Source: an uncultured Actinomycetota bacterium (GTDB lineage: Bacteria > Actinomycetota > Actinomycetes > Actinomycetales > Dermatophilaceae). Taken from it: DNA of 64,000 nt. The first letter of the stretch is position 1. Every line of letters begins with the position of its first letter. The stretch spans positions 30,262 to 94,261 of the forward strand of contig CAWESS010000007.1 of assembly GCA_963811825.1 (NCBI GenBank). The letters run 5' to 3'. The notes beneath the pieces are model-generated. The model was not told the DNA's origin, made no database searches, and saw only the letters and a list, made by a program, of their open reading frames with translations. Below, in pieces: positions 44,547 to 55,885 of the stretch. The position numbers and the translations under genes are program-made.

Positions 44547-45510
44547 TCACGGGTCGAGCGGGCCGCCACTCACCACGCGTGCCCTGACGTCTGCGGCGGT
44601 CCGCGCCAGCCCGGCGGCCAACGGCGTCGACGCGAGCGCGTCGACCTCCGGCCACACCCGCGAGACCAGCCGCAGGTCGAGCACCTGACCGGCCCCGGCC
44701 CCACCGATCGGGATGGTCCGCAGGGGGCGGTGGAACACGCGTCGGGCCTCGGAGACGAGGTAGCCGACGGTGACCGGCCGCCCGGAGGCCAGCACCTTGT
44801 CGACGACCGAGCCGGTCGGCTCCTCCCGCACGAGCGACAGGGTGCGCACGATCATCGCGGCAGCGTCGTCGACGTACACGTAGTCACGGATGGTGTCCAT
44901 CGAGACGTAGACCGGCAGCGGGCGCCCGGTGGCGTCGGCCAGGCAGAGCTGCGAGAGGAGGCCCTGCGGCTTGCCGAGGGTCTGCCCCGGGCCGTAGACG
45001 TTCGCGAGCCGACCGATCACGGCGCGCAGCCCGGTGTCGGACGCCAGGCGTCGGACGCGGGCCTCCATGGCGAGCTTTGCCCGGCCATAGGGCACGAGCG
45101 GCGCGGGCTCGGTCCGCTCATCGAACGGGGGACGGTCGGACCCGGCATACAGCCCACCCGCCGACGACGCGAGGAAGATGACGCCGTCCTCCCCCGGAGC
45201 CACGGATGCCGTGAGCGCGCCCAACATCCGCTCGAACACGCGGACCTCGGTTGCCAGCGACTCCTCTCCCGTCGCCACCACGCCCGCGCCGGCGCACCAC
45301 GCCACGGACCACGCACGCCCCGCGCGGGCTGCCGCGAACACGGTCGACCGCGTCGACGAGGGCCGAGACGCTCGACGCCTCGTCGTGCCACGGCACCGCG
45401 GTCACCAGCACCTCGTGCCCAGCCTGCTCGAGCCGGCGAACGACGTGCCGCCCCACGAGCCCTCCGGCGCCGACCACCCAGGTGAGCGGGGGCGCCGGGG
45501 ATGCGTTCAC
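44547..45510 (-). CDS. NAD-dependent epimerase/dehydratase (frameshift near 45345)
   Basis: VVGAGGLVG, SSAGGLY, YGRAK, RLANVYGPGQ, RDYVYVDD. Confidence 0.9.
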
Positions 45511-46484
45511 GCGTCGTCGCGGCCGAGCGGGCCGTCGCGCCGGTCGCGAACGGGGAGGTAGAGAGGCTTTCCCATCGCCATGTTGACGGCCATCCCCACG
45601 TACTCGGCGATGACACCCAGGGAGAAGAGGATGACGCCGGTCGCCACCATGAGCAGCACCATCGTCGAGGTCCAGCCCGGAGCGTCCCAGGACCCGGCGG
45701 CCCTGCCGATCAGGAGCGCCAGCGCGATGACCGGAGCGAGCAGAACCGCAGCGGCGCCGAGGACGCTGACCCAGCGCAGGGGGCGCGTGCCGCTGGACAG
45801 CACGAGGCGCCAGAAGTGCGAGACGAGTCGGCGCATCGTGTAGCCGGACGGTCGGTCACCCTCCCGGCGCATCTCCAGCGGGCAGGTCACGACGCGGCGG
45901 GCCACCCAGGAGATGGCGACGTCGAGGTAGATGCCCGGACCGGCGTAGGCAGCCACCGATCGGGCGACCTCGCCGAGGAGCAGGCGGTAGCTGTTGAAGT
46001 CCGAGGCCTGGGCGCCCTTGGTGAGCCGCTCGACGACGGCCTTGGCGCCTCGGGAGGCGAGGTTGCGCGCGGCGCCGTGCGGCGGCTCGTTCGTGGGCCT
46101 GGCGTAGACGACGTCAGCCTGCTCGGTCATCGCGGTGTCGAGCAACGAACCCAGGGACTCGGGGTCGTGCTGTCCGTCCTCGTCCATGGTGGCGACCCAC
46201 TCGCCACCGGAGGCGGCGATGCCGGCCAGGGTCGCGGCGTGCTGGCCGAAGTTCCGGCTCAGCCAGACCGGGCGCACCCAGTCGTAGCGGGCCGCGAGGT
46301 CCCTGATCGCGTCGTCCGAGGCGTCGGGTCCGCAGTCGTGGACGACCACCACCTCGGTCACCCGGTAGGGGCGCCCGGCCGGTGAGACCCGCGGCTCGAC
46401 CGAGGCAGCCAGCTCGTCGACGATGGTGGCCAACGTCCGCTCGCCCTGGTAGACGGGGATGACCACCGAGATCTGGTGTGTCAT
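45507..46484 (-). CDS. GT2 glycosyltransferase, ArnC/GtrB-like polyprenol-phosphate sugar transferase
   Basis: SVVIPVYQGE, LSRNFGQHAA, MDEDGQHDP, two C-terminal TM helices. Confidence 0.9.
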   Translation of the reverse strand: MTHQISVVIPVYQGERTLATIVDELAASVEPRVSPAGRPYRVTEVVVVHDCGPDASDDAIRDLAARYDWVRPVWLSRNFGQHAATLAGIAASGGEWVATMDEDGQHDPESLGSLLDTAMTEQADVVYARPTNEPPHGAARNLASRGAKAVVERLTKGAQASDFNSYRLLLGEVARSVAAYAGPGIYLDVAISWVARRVVTCPLEMRREGDRPSGYTMRRLVSHFWRLVLSSGTRPLRWVSVLGAAAVLLAPVIALALLIGRAAGSWDAPGWTSTMVLLMVATGVILFSLGVIAEYVGMAVNMAMGKPLYLPVRDRRDGPLGRDDA

Positions 46485-46486
46485 CG

Positions 46487-48169
<1,683 letters not shown>

Positions 48170-48224
48170 GGGGCACAGGCTATCGACCACCAGCGCCCCG
48201 GCCCGAATCCTCGTGCGGCCGCTC

Positions 48225-48782
48225 TCAGGCGGCCGCCTCGACGTCCGGCGGCACGAGCGGGCCCGAGTCCGGATACCCGACCTCGCCGAGACCGCGGCCC
48301 GGCTCATCGTCCACGGCGTACTCCGACGCCGAGGGCCGCGTGGGCTCGGGGTCCTGCGAGAACTCCTGGGACTGCGAGTGCTCCGCACCCTGTCGGAATC
48401 CCTCGCTCTCCCCCGGCCTGCCCACCTTCGCGAACGCGGTGGTGCCGTACGTCAGGTCGTGGCCGGCGGCATCGGCGACGACCTCGACGTCCCACCACGT
48501 CGTGCCGTCGTCCTTGGTGAACGTCGTGACCTGCTGCTTGCCGTGGATCGTCACCGGGTGACCCTTTCGCAGGGATACGGCGACGTTCGCGGCCAGGGCA
48601 CGGAAGGTCTTCACCGTGTAGAAGCTCGTGTCCCCGTCCTCCCACACTCCGGGCTGCCCCTGGACCTGGTTCCGGGACGAGGTCGCCACCCGGAAGACGG
48701 TCATCGGAGCACCCGTGCGGGTCGTGCGCACGGTGGGGTCGGCGACGAGCCGGCCCCGGATCGTCACATAGGTCTCATTCAT
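48225..48782 (-). CDS. ssb: Single-stranded DNA-binding protein, SsbB-like paralog
   Basis: VTIRGRLVADP, FRVATSSR, SLRKGHPV, GHDL..GT; lacks the typical acidic PPF tail of SsbA. Confidence 0.88.
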   Translation of the reverse strand: MNETYVTIRGRLVADPTVRTTRTGAPMTVFRVATSSRNQVQGQPGVWEDGDTSFYTVKTFRALAANVAVSLRKGHPVTIHGKQQVTTFTKDDGTTWWDVEVVADAAGHDLTYGTTAFAKVGRPGESEGFRQGAEHSQSQEFSQDPEPTRPSASEYAVDDEPGRGLGEVGYPDSGPLVPPDVEAAA

Positions 48783-48871
48783 CGCGGTCCTCCCCTTGGT
48801 GCCCCGCACCTCGGGGCTCACGCAAGAGCCTGCGCCCGCCGGCCGGTCCCGGCCACCCGCGTCGTGACCCC

Positions 48872-48909
48872 TGTGGACAACGACCACCGCGCGCGGTGCC
48901 TGTGGACGA
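48872..48909. promoter_or_regulatory. Two DnaA-box-like sites upstream of ssb
   Basis: TGTGGACAA (48872-48880) is the reverse complement of TTGTCCACA; TGTGGACGA (48901-48909) has one mismatch. Confidence 0.65.
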
Positions 48910-48915
48910 GCGCCC

Positions 48916-50587
48916 TCAGATCCCTGCGGCGCGACTGAGTGCGACCCGGGTCGCCGCGTGCCGCTCGAGCACTCGCTCGACAGAACGCACGATCTCCTGA
49001 CGGGCCACGCCGTCGATCGACTCCCGGAGCCGCTTGTCGATGACCCGAGCCCGACGCCGCGACCCGACCCGAGCCAGCCACCGGGCGATCAGCGCGAGCA
49101 ACAGCCCTGCGGCGAGCCCTCCGACCAGCAGGAGCAGCGGCACCGGCAGCACACCGACACTGGGAGGTGCGCCGATGACGGCATCCACCTGCAGCCATCC
49201 GAGGACGACGTACAACGCGAGCCAGAGGAAGCCCGCGACGGCCGCCGCGGCAAAGGCCAGCTGCCCGAGGCCGAAGACCCGCCACCAGACCGGCGCGCGG
49301 GCGTGCAGCGGCGTCCCGACGACTGCCTGGTCGAGGGCGTCACCCAGCGCGTCCCCGGGCGGGGAGGCAGCGCTCTCGACAGCCTCGGCCCACGGCGCCG
49401 GAAGACCCTCGGCAGCATGGTCAGCCAGCCGCCGGGTCGCGAGCTCGACGGCGGAACGGGCCGCCGGTGATGCCGGCGGCAACGACGAGCGGCCCGAGGA
49501 CCGACCGCACGTCGGAGTCGGAGACGCTGATGTCGCGACCGTCCAGCCGCAAGCGCCTCAGGGGCCTGGGCCGCAACGCCTGCACCCATCGGGTGAAGGG
49601 CCAACCGGTGTGTGATGCCGCCTCCATGCGGTAGTCCCGGGCGACCGCCTCGACGACCGTGGGCACCCCGGCACTGCGTGCGAGCGCGTCGACCAGCTCG
49701 GTCCGGGCCGCGTCGTTCAACACGGGCTCGGAGTCCGCGACGTGCGCCGTCAACGCGGCGGCGCTGGCCCGCACGTCCGCGGCCAGCCGGGACCGGGCCA
49801 TCGTGCGCCCGGCCACCGCGTTGGCCAGCCGTTGGCGCAGGACGTCGACCCCCTGGCCCGTGGTGACGGATGTCGCCAGCACGGTGGCGCGCGGAACCCC
49901 GTCCTGCTCCATGAGCCGGACGAGGTCGGCGCGGCACTGCTCGACCTCGAGGGCGGTGAGGCGGTCACTCTGGTTGAGCACGACCATCGTCACCGCCTCG
50001 TGCGTGGCGAGCGCAGCGACGTAGTCGTCGTGCAGCCGGGCATCGGCATACTTCTGGGGGTCGGTCACCCAGACGAACAGGTCGACGAGCTCGAGAACCC
50101 GCTCGGCCTCGGCGCGGTTGCCGATCTCGCGTGAGTCGAAGTCGGGCAGGTCGAGCAGGACGAGTCCGTCGAGCGAGCCGAGCACAGCCTCCACGTCGTC
50201 CGGCTGCTCACCGACGACATGTCGGGCGCCGACGCCGAGCCAGTCGAGCAGGTCACCCGCCGGCTCGGCCCCCCAGATGGCGGCTGTCGGGGTGGCCGTG
50301 GTGGGGCGGCGCACTCCCGTGACCGCGATGTCACCACCGACGAGGGCATTGAACAGGGACGACTTGCCACTGCCCGTCGCACCCGCGAGGGCGACGACGG
50401 TGTGGCCGCCGACGAGGGCGGTGCGCTCGGCGACCTTCGCGACGACGGCATCCGCCCGCGCACGCCCGTCGGCTGGCAACTGGGCCCCACCGGCGTCCGC
50501 CGCAGCGGCAAGGGCGGTCGCGGCAGCGGACAGCTCGTCGGCGGAGATCACCGCACCTCGAGCGCTCCCCCGGCGCAGCGGGCTCAC
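48916..50587 (-). CDS. Dynamin-like/YfjP GTPase with two C-terminal TM helices, DynB-like (frameshift near 49485)
   Basis: GATGSGKSS, RRPTT, DLPDFD, VTDPQKYAD, VLNQSD. Confidence 0.85.
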
Positions 50588-52305
50588 TGGACGACCGCCC
50601 GCAGGCGGGCGGCGACGGCCGTCAGCCGAGCAGCCTGTTCCGCCGGGGCCGACGTGTCGGCGAGCGCGACCGCGTACCTCTGCTGCTCACCCTCGTAGAG
50701 CTCGTCGGCGAGCTCGAGGAGACGGGCGCGCGCCTTGGCCGCCATCTCGCGCACCGCCTGGTCCCCGAAGATCGCCTCGAGCACGCGCTGGGCGAGGACG
50801 GCTGTTCCCCCGGCGATACCGATCTCGGCACCGACCAGCCCACCGGTGCTGCTGAACGCGACGAGCATGAGGAACAGGCCGATCGCGTTGAGGCCGTAGG
50901 CCGTGATGCGGGCGCTGGTGCGGCGGCCCTGTCCTTCGGTCCGCACGAGCTCGAGCACCTCGCCCTGCCACTGCCGCACGAGCCGTTCGACGTCACCCTG
51001 GAGGCCGGGGCTGGGCTTGGCAAGATCCGGATGCCGTGCCAGCACCGGTGCTCCGCCGGGCAGGCGCCGCCAGGCTCGTGCGGACTCGGACGCCGCGGTC
51101 TCGGCGTTCGCGAGGATGAGGGTGGCGACCCCGCTCTGCAGCGCCTCGCCCAGGCTCTCGGCGGGGGGCGTGCTGCCCTTGACGGCCGCGGTGATCTTGT
51201 CGCGCCACCGCGAGATCGTCGTCTCGACCTGGCGGAAGAACTCGCCGGTCCCGACGAACTCCTGCCACCGAGCCAGCACCTCACCGCGCAGCAGCGTGCC
51301 GTCGGTCATGCCGTCGTCGACGCGGCGGTGGGCCGCGTCGTAGCTTTCGTCGACCGCTCGCCGCAGTGCCGTGGCCGCATCGTGCTGGTCGCGGCTGGCG
51401 ACGACGAGCTCGCTCGTGCGACCGGAGAGGGAGTCCACGGCGCCCCGCAACGTCTGTCCGACGACGATCGAGCGAGCCCGTGAGTCGCTGGCGAGCGCAT
51501 GCAGCCACGAGCTGAGCCGCTCCACCGCCTCCGGCGGCAGCCGGCCATCGGCGTCGAGCGTGGCCTCGGGGACCGTGAAGATGGGCGCCGTCGGCAGACC
51601 CTGTTCGCGCAACATCGCCGCCAGGTGGGGCCGGATCTCCTCGATGGCCTCCGGCGGGATCCGGTCGAGCACGATCGCCACGGAGGTGCCACGGTCGGCG
51701 GCCGTGCGCAGCAGATCCCAGGGAACGGCATCCGCGTAGCGCGCGGCAGTCGTGACGAAGAGCCAGAGATCCGCGGCTGAGAGCAGCTGGGCGGCGATGG
51801 CGCGGTTGGCGGAGACGACCGAGTCGATGTCGGGTGCGTCGAGCAGCGCCATCCCCGCCGGGAGCGTCTCTGACTCGACAAGGCGCACCGTGCCGGGCTG
51901 GTCCAGGCCGGGCTGGTCGGCATTCCCCTGCCCGGTCACGCGCGCGAGTCCGGGCAGGATCCGGGTGTCCGCGAACCAGCGACGGTCGTCGGGGTGGTGG
52001 ACGAGCACCGGGGAGGTCGTGGTCGGGCGCAGCACACCCGGCCGGCTGACCGTGGCGCCGACGACCGAGTTGACCAGGGTCGACTTGCCGGCGCCGGTCG
52101 ATCCGCCGACCACGGCGAGAAGCGGGGCGTCGATCGCGCGCAACCGGGGAAGGACGTAGTCGTCAAGCTGCTGGAGCAGTGCCGTGCGGGAGGCCTCGGC
52201 CGCCGACCGGCTCGGCACATCGAGTGGGAGTGACGTCTGAGCCACCTCGTCGCGAAGGGCCTCGACGACGGAGGCGAGCGCCTCCACGTCACTGTCCACG
52301 GTCAC
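50584..52305 (-). CDS. Dynamin-like GTPase, DynA-like
   Basis: GSTGAGKST, LRPTT, DAPDID, TTAARYAD, long helical stalk. Confidence 0.85.
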   Translation of the reverse strand: MTVDSDVEALASVVEALRDEVAQTSLPLDVPSRSAAEASRTALLQQLDDYVLPRLRAIDAPLLAVVGGSTGAGKSTLVNSVVGATVSRPGVLRPTTTSPVLVHHPDDRRWFADTRILPGLARVTGQGNADQPGLDQPGTVRLVESETLPAGMALLDAPDIDSVVSANRAIAAQLLSAADLWLFVTTAARYADAVPWDLLRTAADRGTSVAIVLDRIPPEAIEEIRPHLAAMLREQGLPTAPIFTVPEATLDADGRLPPEAVERLSSWLHALASDSRARSIVVGQTLRGAVDSLSGRTSELVVASRDQHDAATALRRAVDESYDAAHRRVDDGMTDGTLLRGEVLARWQEFVGTGEFFRQVETTISRWRDKITAAVKGSTPPAESLGEALQSGVATLILANAETAASESARAWRRLPGGAPVLARHPDLAKPSPGLQGDVERLVRQWQGEVLELVRTEGQGRRTSARITAYGLNAIGLFLMLVAFSSTGGLVGAEIGIAGGTAVLAQRVLEAIFGDQAVREMAAKARARLLELADELYEGEQQRYAVALADTSAPAEQAARLTAVAARLRAVVQ

Positions 52306-52374
52306 ACCGCCAACCCTAACGACTTTGCGCACACTGACAGGCGATTCCTCAGGGCGCGCCGGATGATGTTCGGC

Positions 52375-52935
52375 ATGCGACTGTTCGTGGCGGTGGAACC
52401 TGATGTCGAGGTGGTGGAGCATCTCGACGAGTTTCTCGAGGTGCGCCGGGAGGCGGACCCGGACCTGCGATGGAGCTCGCCGGCGCAGTGGCACGTCACC
52501 CTGGCCTTCATGGGGGCCGCACCCGAGCGAGTGGTGGACGACCTCATCGAGTCCGTCAGCGCCGCAGCCGCGCGGTGTTCGCCCGTGGTGCTCGGCATCT
52601 CGGGTGGCGGCTGCTTCCCGGACGTGTCCCGCGCGAGGGTCTTGTGGGCAGGGCTGAGCGGGGGCGACGGTCTGGCGCCCCTCGCCCGCGGCGTGCGGGC
52701 TGCGGCGGCTGTCGCCGGGGGCGCGCCGGAGGGTGGGCCGTTCCGGCCGCACGTCACGCTGGGCCGCTTCGGGCATCCGACCGAGGCGACGCGGTGGGTG
52801 CGGGTGCTGGACTCGTACGCGGGGCCGACGTGGACGGCATCCGAGATCACCGTCGTGGCCTCGCACCTCCCCCGGGAACGCGGCCACCGTCCGCGACACG
52901 AGGTCCTCGCCCGCGCTCGGATGGGCCGCGACTGA
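52375..52935 (+). CDS. thpR: RNA 2',3'-cyclic phosphodiesterase (2H family)
   Basis: MRLFVAV, WHVTLAF and PHVTLGR, two HxT motifs. Confidence 0.92.
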   Translation: MRLFVAVEPDVEVVEHLDEFLEVRREADPDLRWSSPAQWHVTLAFMGAAPERVVDDLIESVSAAAARCSPVVLGISGGGCFPDVSRARVLWAGLSGGDGLAPLARGVRAAAAVAGGAPEGGPFRPHVTLGRFGHPTEATRWVRVLDSYAGPTWTASEITVVASHLPRERGHRPRHEVLARARMGRD

Positions 52936-53008
52936 CCCTTGGGTGCTCAGGGCGAGGGTGCTGGTCCAGTCCTACACTGACGGTCGGTGGTCGGGAGTCG
53001 GCCGCCCG

Positions 53009-53081
53009 GCCCCCGTAGCTCAGCGGATAGAGCAAGAGCCTTCTAATCTCGAGGTCGCAGGTTCGAGTCCTGCCGGGGGCG
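53009..53081 (+). tRNA. tRNA-Arg(TCT)
   Basis: GCCCCCG..; anticodon loop CTTCTAA; GGTTCGAGTCC. Confidence 0.95.
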
Positions 53082-53129
53082 CCGTCGAGAACATGTCCTG
53101 ACCTGCGAGAATGCGATTGCCTATTCCGA

Positions 53130-53151
53130 AGCGTGCACTAAGCGTGCACTA
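53130..53151. repeat. Tandem 11-bp repeat AGCGTGCACTA x2, resembling integrase arm sites
   Basis: Exact tandem about 50 bp downstream of tRNA-Arg. Confidence 0.6.
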
Positions 53152-53204
53152 GTCGCGGCTTCTCGTGCCCTTGCTCGGAACAACATGTGGAATGTGGTTG
53201 ACAC

Positions 53205-53246
53205 GTGGTCGACGTCGTCAGGTCCTCGACGTTCGATCGGTGGCTA
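53205..53246 (+). pseudogene. Possible N-terminal remnant of a RelE/HigB-like addiction-module toxin
   Basis: MVDVVRSSTFDRWL resembles the M-x-x-x-x-x-T/S-x-x-F-x-x-W-L start of that family; resemblance stops at the VOC stop codon. Confidence 0.4.
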
Positions 53247-53654
53247 GCCGAGTCTCCTCATGACGAGAGCGGCCAGTGCCTCACGGGTGGGGTGCCCCCA
53301 GCCGATGCAGAAGGGATGGCCCGCCGGATCGGCGTACACCTGATGCCCCTCGTCGCTCTCCAGGTCAGCGGCCTGAAGCACGCGAGCACCGAGCCTCATC
53401 GCCTGTTCGTGCGCCTGAGCCGGGTCGTCGACGTGGAGGTCGAGGTGTACCTGCTGAGGCGCGCCGTTCGGCCAGTCAGGAGGACTGTGCTGCGGCGCGA
53501 GCTGAACGCCGATCCGCCACTCGCCAGCAGCGTCGATCACGGTGTGAAACGTCTTGTCGTCGAAGACGTGGCCGTCCAGCATTCCCGCCCAGAAGGCGCT
53601 CTCGGCGTGGAGGTCGCTGGCATCGAAGACGACCACAGCGCGGATGGGATTCAT
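53244..53654 (-). CDS. VOC/glyoxalase-family protein
   Basis: VVFDASD....SAFWAGML, PDWPNGAPQQVHLDL, YADPAGHPFCI. Confidence 0.92.
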   Translation of the reverse strand: MNPIRAVVVFDASDLHAESAFWAGMLDGHVFDDKTFHTVIDAAGEWRIGVQLAPQHSPPDWPNGAPQQVHLDLHVDDPAQAHEQAMRLGARVLQAADLESDEGHQVYADPAGHPFCIGWGHPTREALAALVMRRLG

Positions 53655-53776
53655 GACGCGACCCTACGTAGCCCGTGAACGCAGGGCCAGATCGGGAACC
53701 TCCGAACTGTCGGACGCGCATCGGCACGGTCAGGGCAGATCCGTGATGGCCTCGGCCGCCAGGGATGACCAACTCG

Positions 53777-53836
53777 TGACGGGGTTGTCCGCTCGGGACG
53801 GGCGTGTACCCGCGTCGCGAGCGGACAACCCCGTCA
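53777..53836. repeat. Long hairpin sharing the REP core gtccgctc...gagcggac
   Basis: Perfect 19-bp arms tgacggggttgtccgctcg / cgagcggacaaccccgtca. Confidence 0.75.
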
Positions 53837-54165
53837 TCAGGTGACCGCACTCACTTGGCTGACGCTCACAGGGCCGACGAGCTGGCAGGTTGCACGTCCG
53901 TGGGTTCATGCGGTGCGGGCGTCGAAGGACAAGCGGCTGCTTCACCTCCTGACCCAAGGCGCAGAGGGGCGGAGCCCCGGTTCTCGGGGATGCGGAAGCG
54001 CTTCCCGCCAGGAAGCATGAAAGACTCGCCGCAAGCCCTCGTTCTCTCCCCCCAGTGCGCGAGGGCCCAGCGTCCCGGGTTGAGGCCTCAGGCCTCCCCG
54101 GGACGCGCCTTTCGGCAATAGTCTCGTGAGACACCACGGCACGCCGATGACCGAGAGGACCCGCC

Positions 54166-54619
54166 ATGGCCACGAAGAAGAGCGACAGCGGCGGGTTCAG
54201 CGCCGACGAGCGCGCGGCGATGAAGGCGCGCGCGGCCGAGCTGCGCGCCGAGGGCAAGAAGGGCGCCAAGCGTGCTGACGGTCTCCAGGCGATCCTCGAC
54301 CGCATTGCCGAGATGGACCCGGCGGACCGCGCCCTCGCCGAGCGCGTACACGCGCGTCGTGACCGAGACCGCACCAGACCTCATGCCGAAGACCTGGTAC
54401 GGGATGCCGGCCTACGCCGACTCCGACGGGAAGGTCGTCGCCTTCTTCCAGGATGCCGGGAAGTTCAAGTACCGCTACTGCACCCTGGGCTTCCAGGACG
54501 CCGCGAACCTCGACGACGGTGACATGTGGCCGGCCTCCTTCGCCCTCGTGGGGTGGAGCCCTGCGGTCGAGAAGAAGGTCATCGCCCTCGTGAAGGCGGC
54601 GATCAGGCCACAGGACTGA
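54166..54619 (+). CDS. DUF1801/YdhG-like protein (frameshift near 54355)
   Basis: GFSADERAAMKARAAEL, KTWYGMPAY, FFQDAGKFKYRYCTLGF, MWPASFAL. Confidence 0.88.
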
Positions 54620-55832
54620 TCTGCTCGGCGAGCTGGCGCGACCGTCGCAACGCCATCTCGGCGAGTGCGGCCGCGACGTCCGGGACGACCGAGTCGTCGA
54701 ACGCCGCGCGGGGTGAGTGGTTGTCCTCGGCGTCAGCCGGGTCCCCGAGGGCGCAGGCGCTCACGTTGAGGTAGGCGCCCGGCACCTCGTCCAGGACGAA
54801 CGACATGTCCTCCGACCCGGCCTCGGGGTTGACCATGTCCGCCCACCGGTCGGCACCGAAGAGGTCGACCACCACGCCCTGGGCGAAGGCGAACTCCTCG
54901 ACGTCGTTGACCGTCACCGGGTAGCCGTTGCCGATGGTGACCTCCGCGGTCATCCCGTGGGCCTGCGCGACGTGCTCGGCAACCCGGGTCACCGCGTCGT
55001 GGGCCCGGGCGCGGTTCTCGGCCGAGAAGGTGCGCAACGTCGCCTCGACGTACGCGTCGTCCGGGATGATGTTGTCCTTCGTTCCCGCGGCGATCCGGCC
55101 CACCGTGAGCACCACCGGGTCCCACACGCTGAACTGGCGGGTGACCGCGCTCTGGTAGGCCAGCACGATCTCGCACGCCACCGGCACGGGGTCCTTCGCA
55201 CGATCGGGCGCTGACCCGTGGCCGCCCACACCGCGCACCACGACGTGGACCTCGTCGGCCGCCGCCATGAGGGTGCCCGGGCGGCCGAACCACACCCCGA
55301 GTGGATGGTCCGCGGAGTACACGTGGACGGCGTACGCGGCGTCCACCCGCCGACCAGCCGCCTCGAGCAGCCCCTCACGGATCATCGGCTCGGCACCGCC
55401 GGGACCTTCCTCCGCGGGCTGGAACATCAGCACGACGTCGCCGACGAGCTCGTCACGCAGCTCGTGCAGGATGCGCGCCGCGCCGACGAGGCCCGCCATG
55501 TGCAGGTCGTGCCCGCACGCGTGCATCAGCCCCGGGCGGGTCGAGGCGTAGTCGACGTCGACCTCCTCGGCGACCGGCAGTGCATCCATGTCGCCGCGCA
55601 GCAGCACCACCGGCCGCTCCCCCGTCACCGGCGACCGCCCTCGCAGGACAGCGACGACCGAGCTCAGCGAGTCCCCCAGCGTCACCTCGAGGTCGAGCCC
55701 GGACAACGCCTCGAGCACCGCCGCCTGGGTGTCCGGCAGGTGCAGGCCCAACTCCGGGATGCCGTGCAGTCGCCTCCGTAGGTCGACCAGCTCGGGTGCG
55801 AGGCGGGCGGCGATGGCAAGGGTGTCGGTCAC
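54603..55832 (-). CDS. M20-family amidohydrolase
   Basis: LRGDMDALP, MHACGHD, FQPAEEG, GGHGSAP, GSEDMS, NHSP. Confidence 0.95.
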   Translation of the reverse strand: MTDTLAIAARLAPELVDLRRRLHGIPELGLHLPDTQAAVLEALSGLDLEVTLGDSLSSVVAVLRGRSPVTGERPVVLLRGDMDALPVAEEVDVDYASTRPGLMHACGHDLHMAGLVGAARILHELRDELVGDVVLMFQPAEEGPGGAEPMIREGLLEAAGRRVDAAYAVHVYSADHPLGVWFGRPGTLMAAADEVHVVVRGVGGHGSAPDRAKDPVPVACEIVLAYQSAVTRQFSVWDPVVLTVGRIAAGTKDNIIPDDAYVEATLRTFSAENRARAHDAVTRVAEHVAQAHGMTAEVTIGNGYPVTVNDVEEFAFAQGVVVDLFGADRWADMVNPEAGSEDMSFVLDEVPGAYLNVSACALGDPADAEDNHSPRAAFDDSVVPDVAAALAEMALRRSRQLAEQISPVA

Positions 55833-55885
55833 GGGGTCCTCTCGGGCGATGCGTGGTGAGCCGGCCGGTCAGGCACGGCGTGGGG

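Noticed and set aside
53840-54165. Small ORFs in the post-VOC spacer (e.g. 53942-54142)
   Set aside because: No family motif or convincing codon bias; treated as degraded or non-coding sequence.
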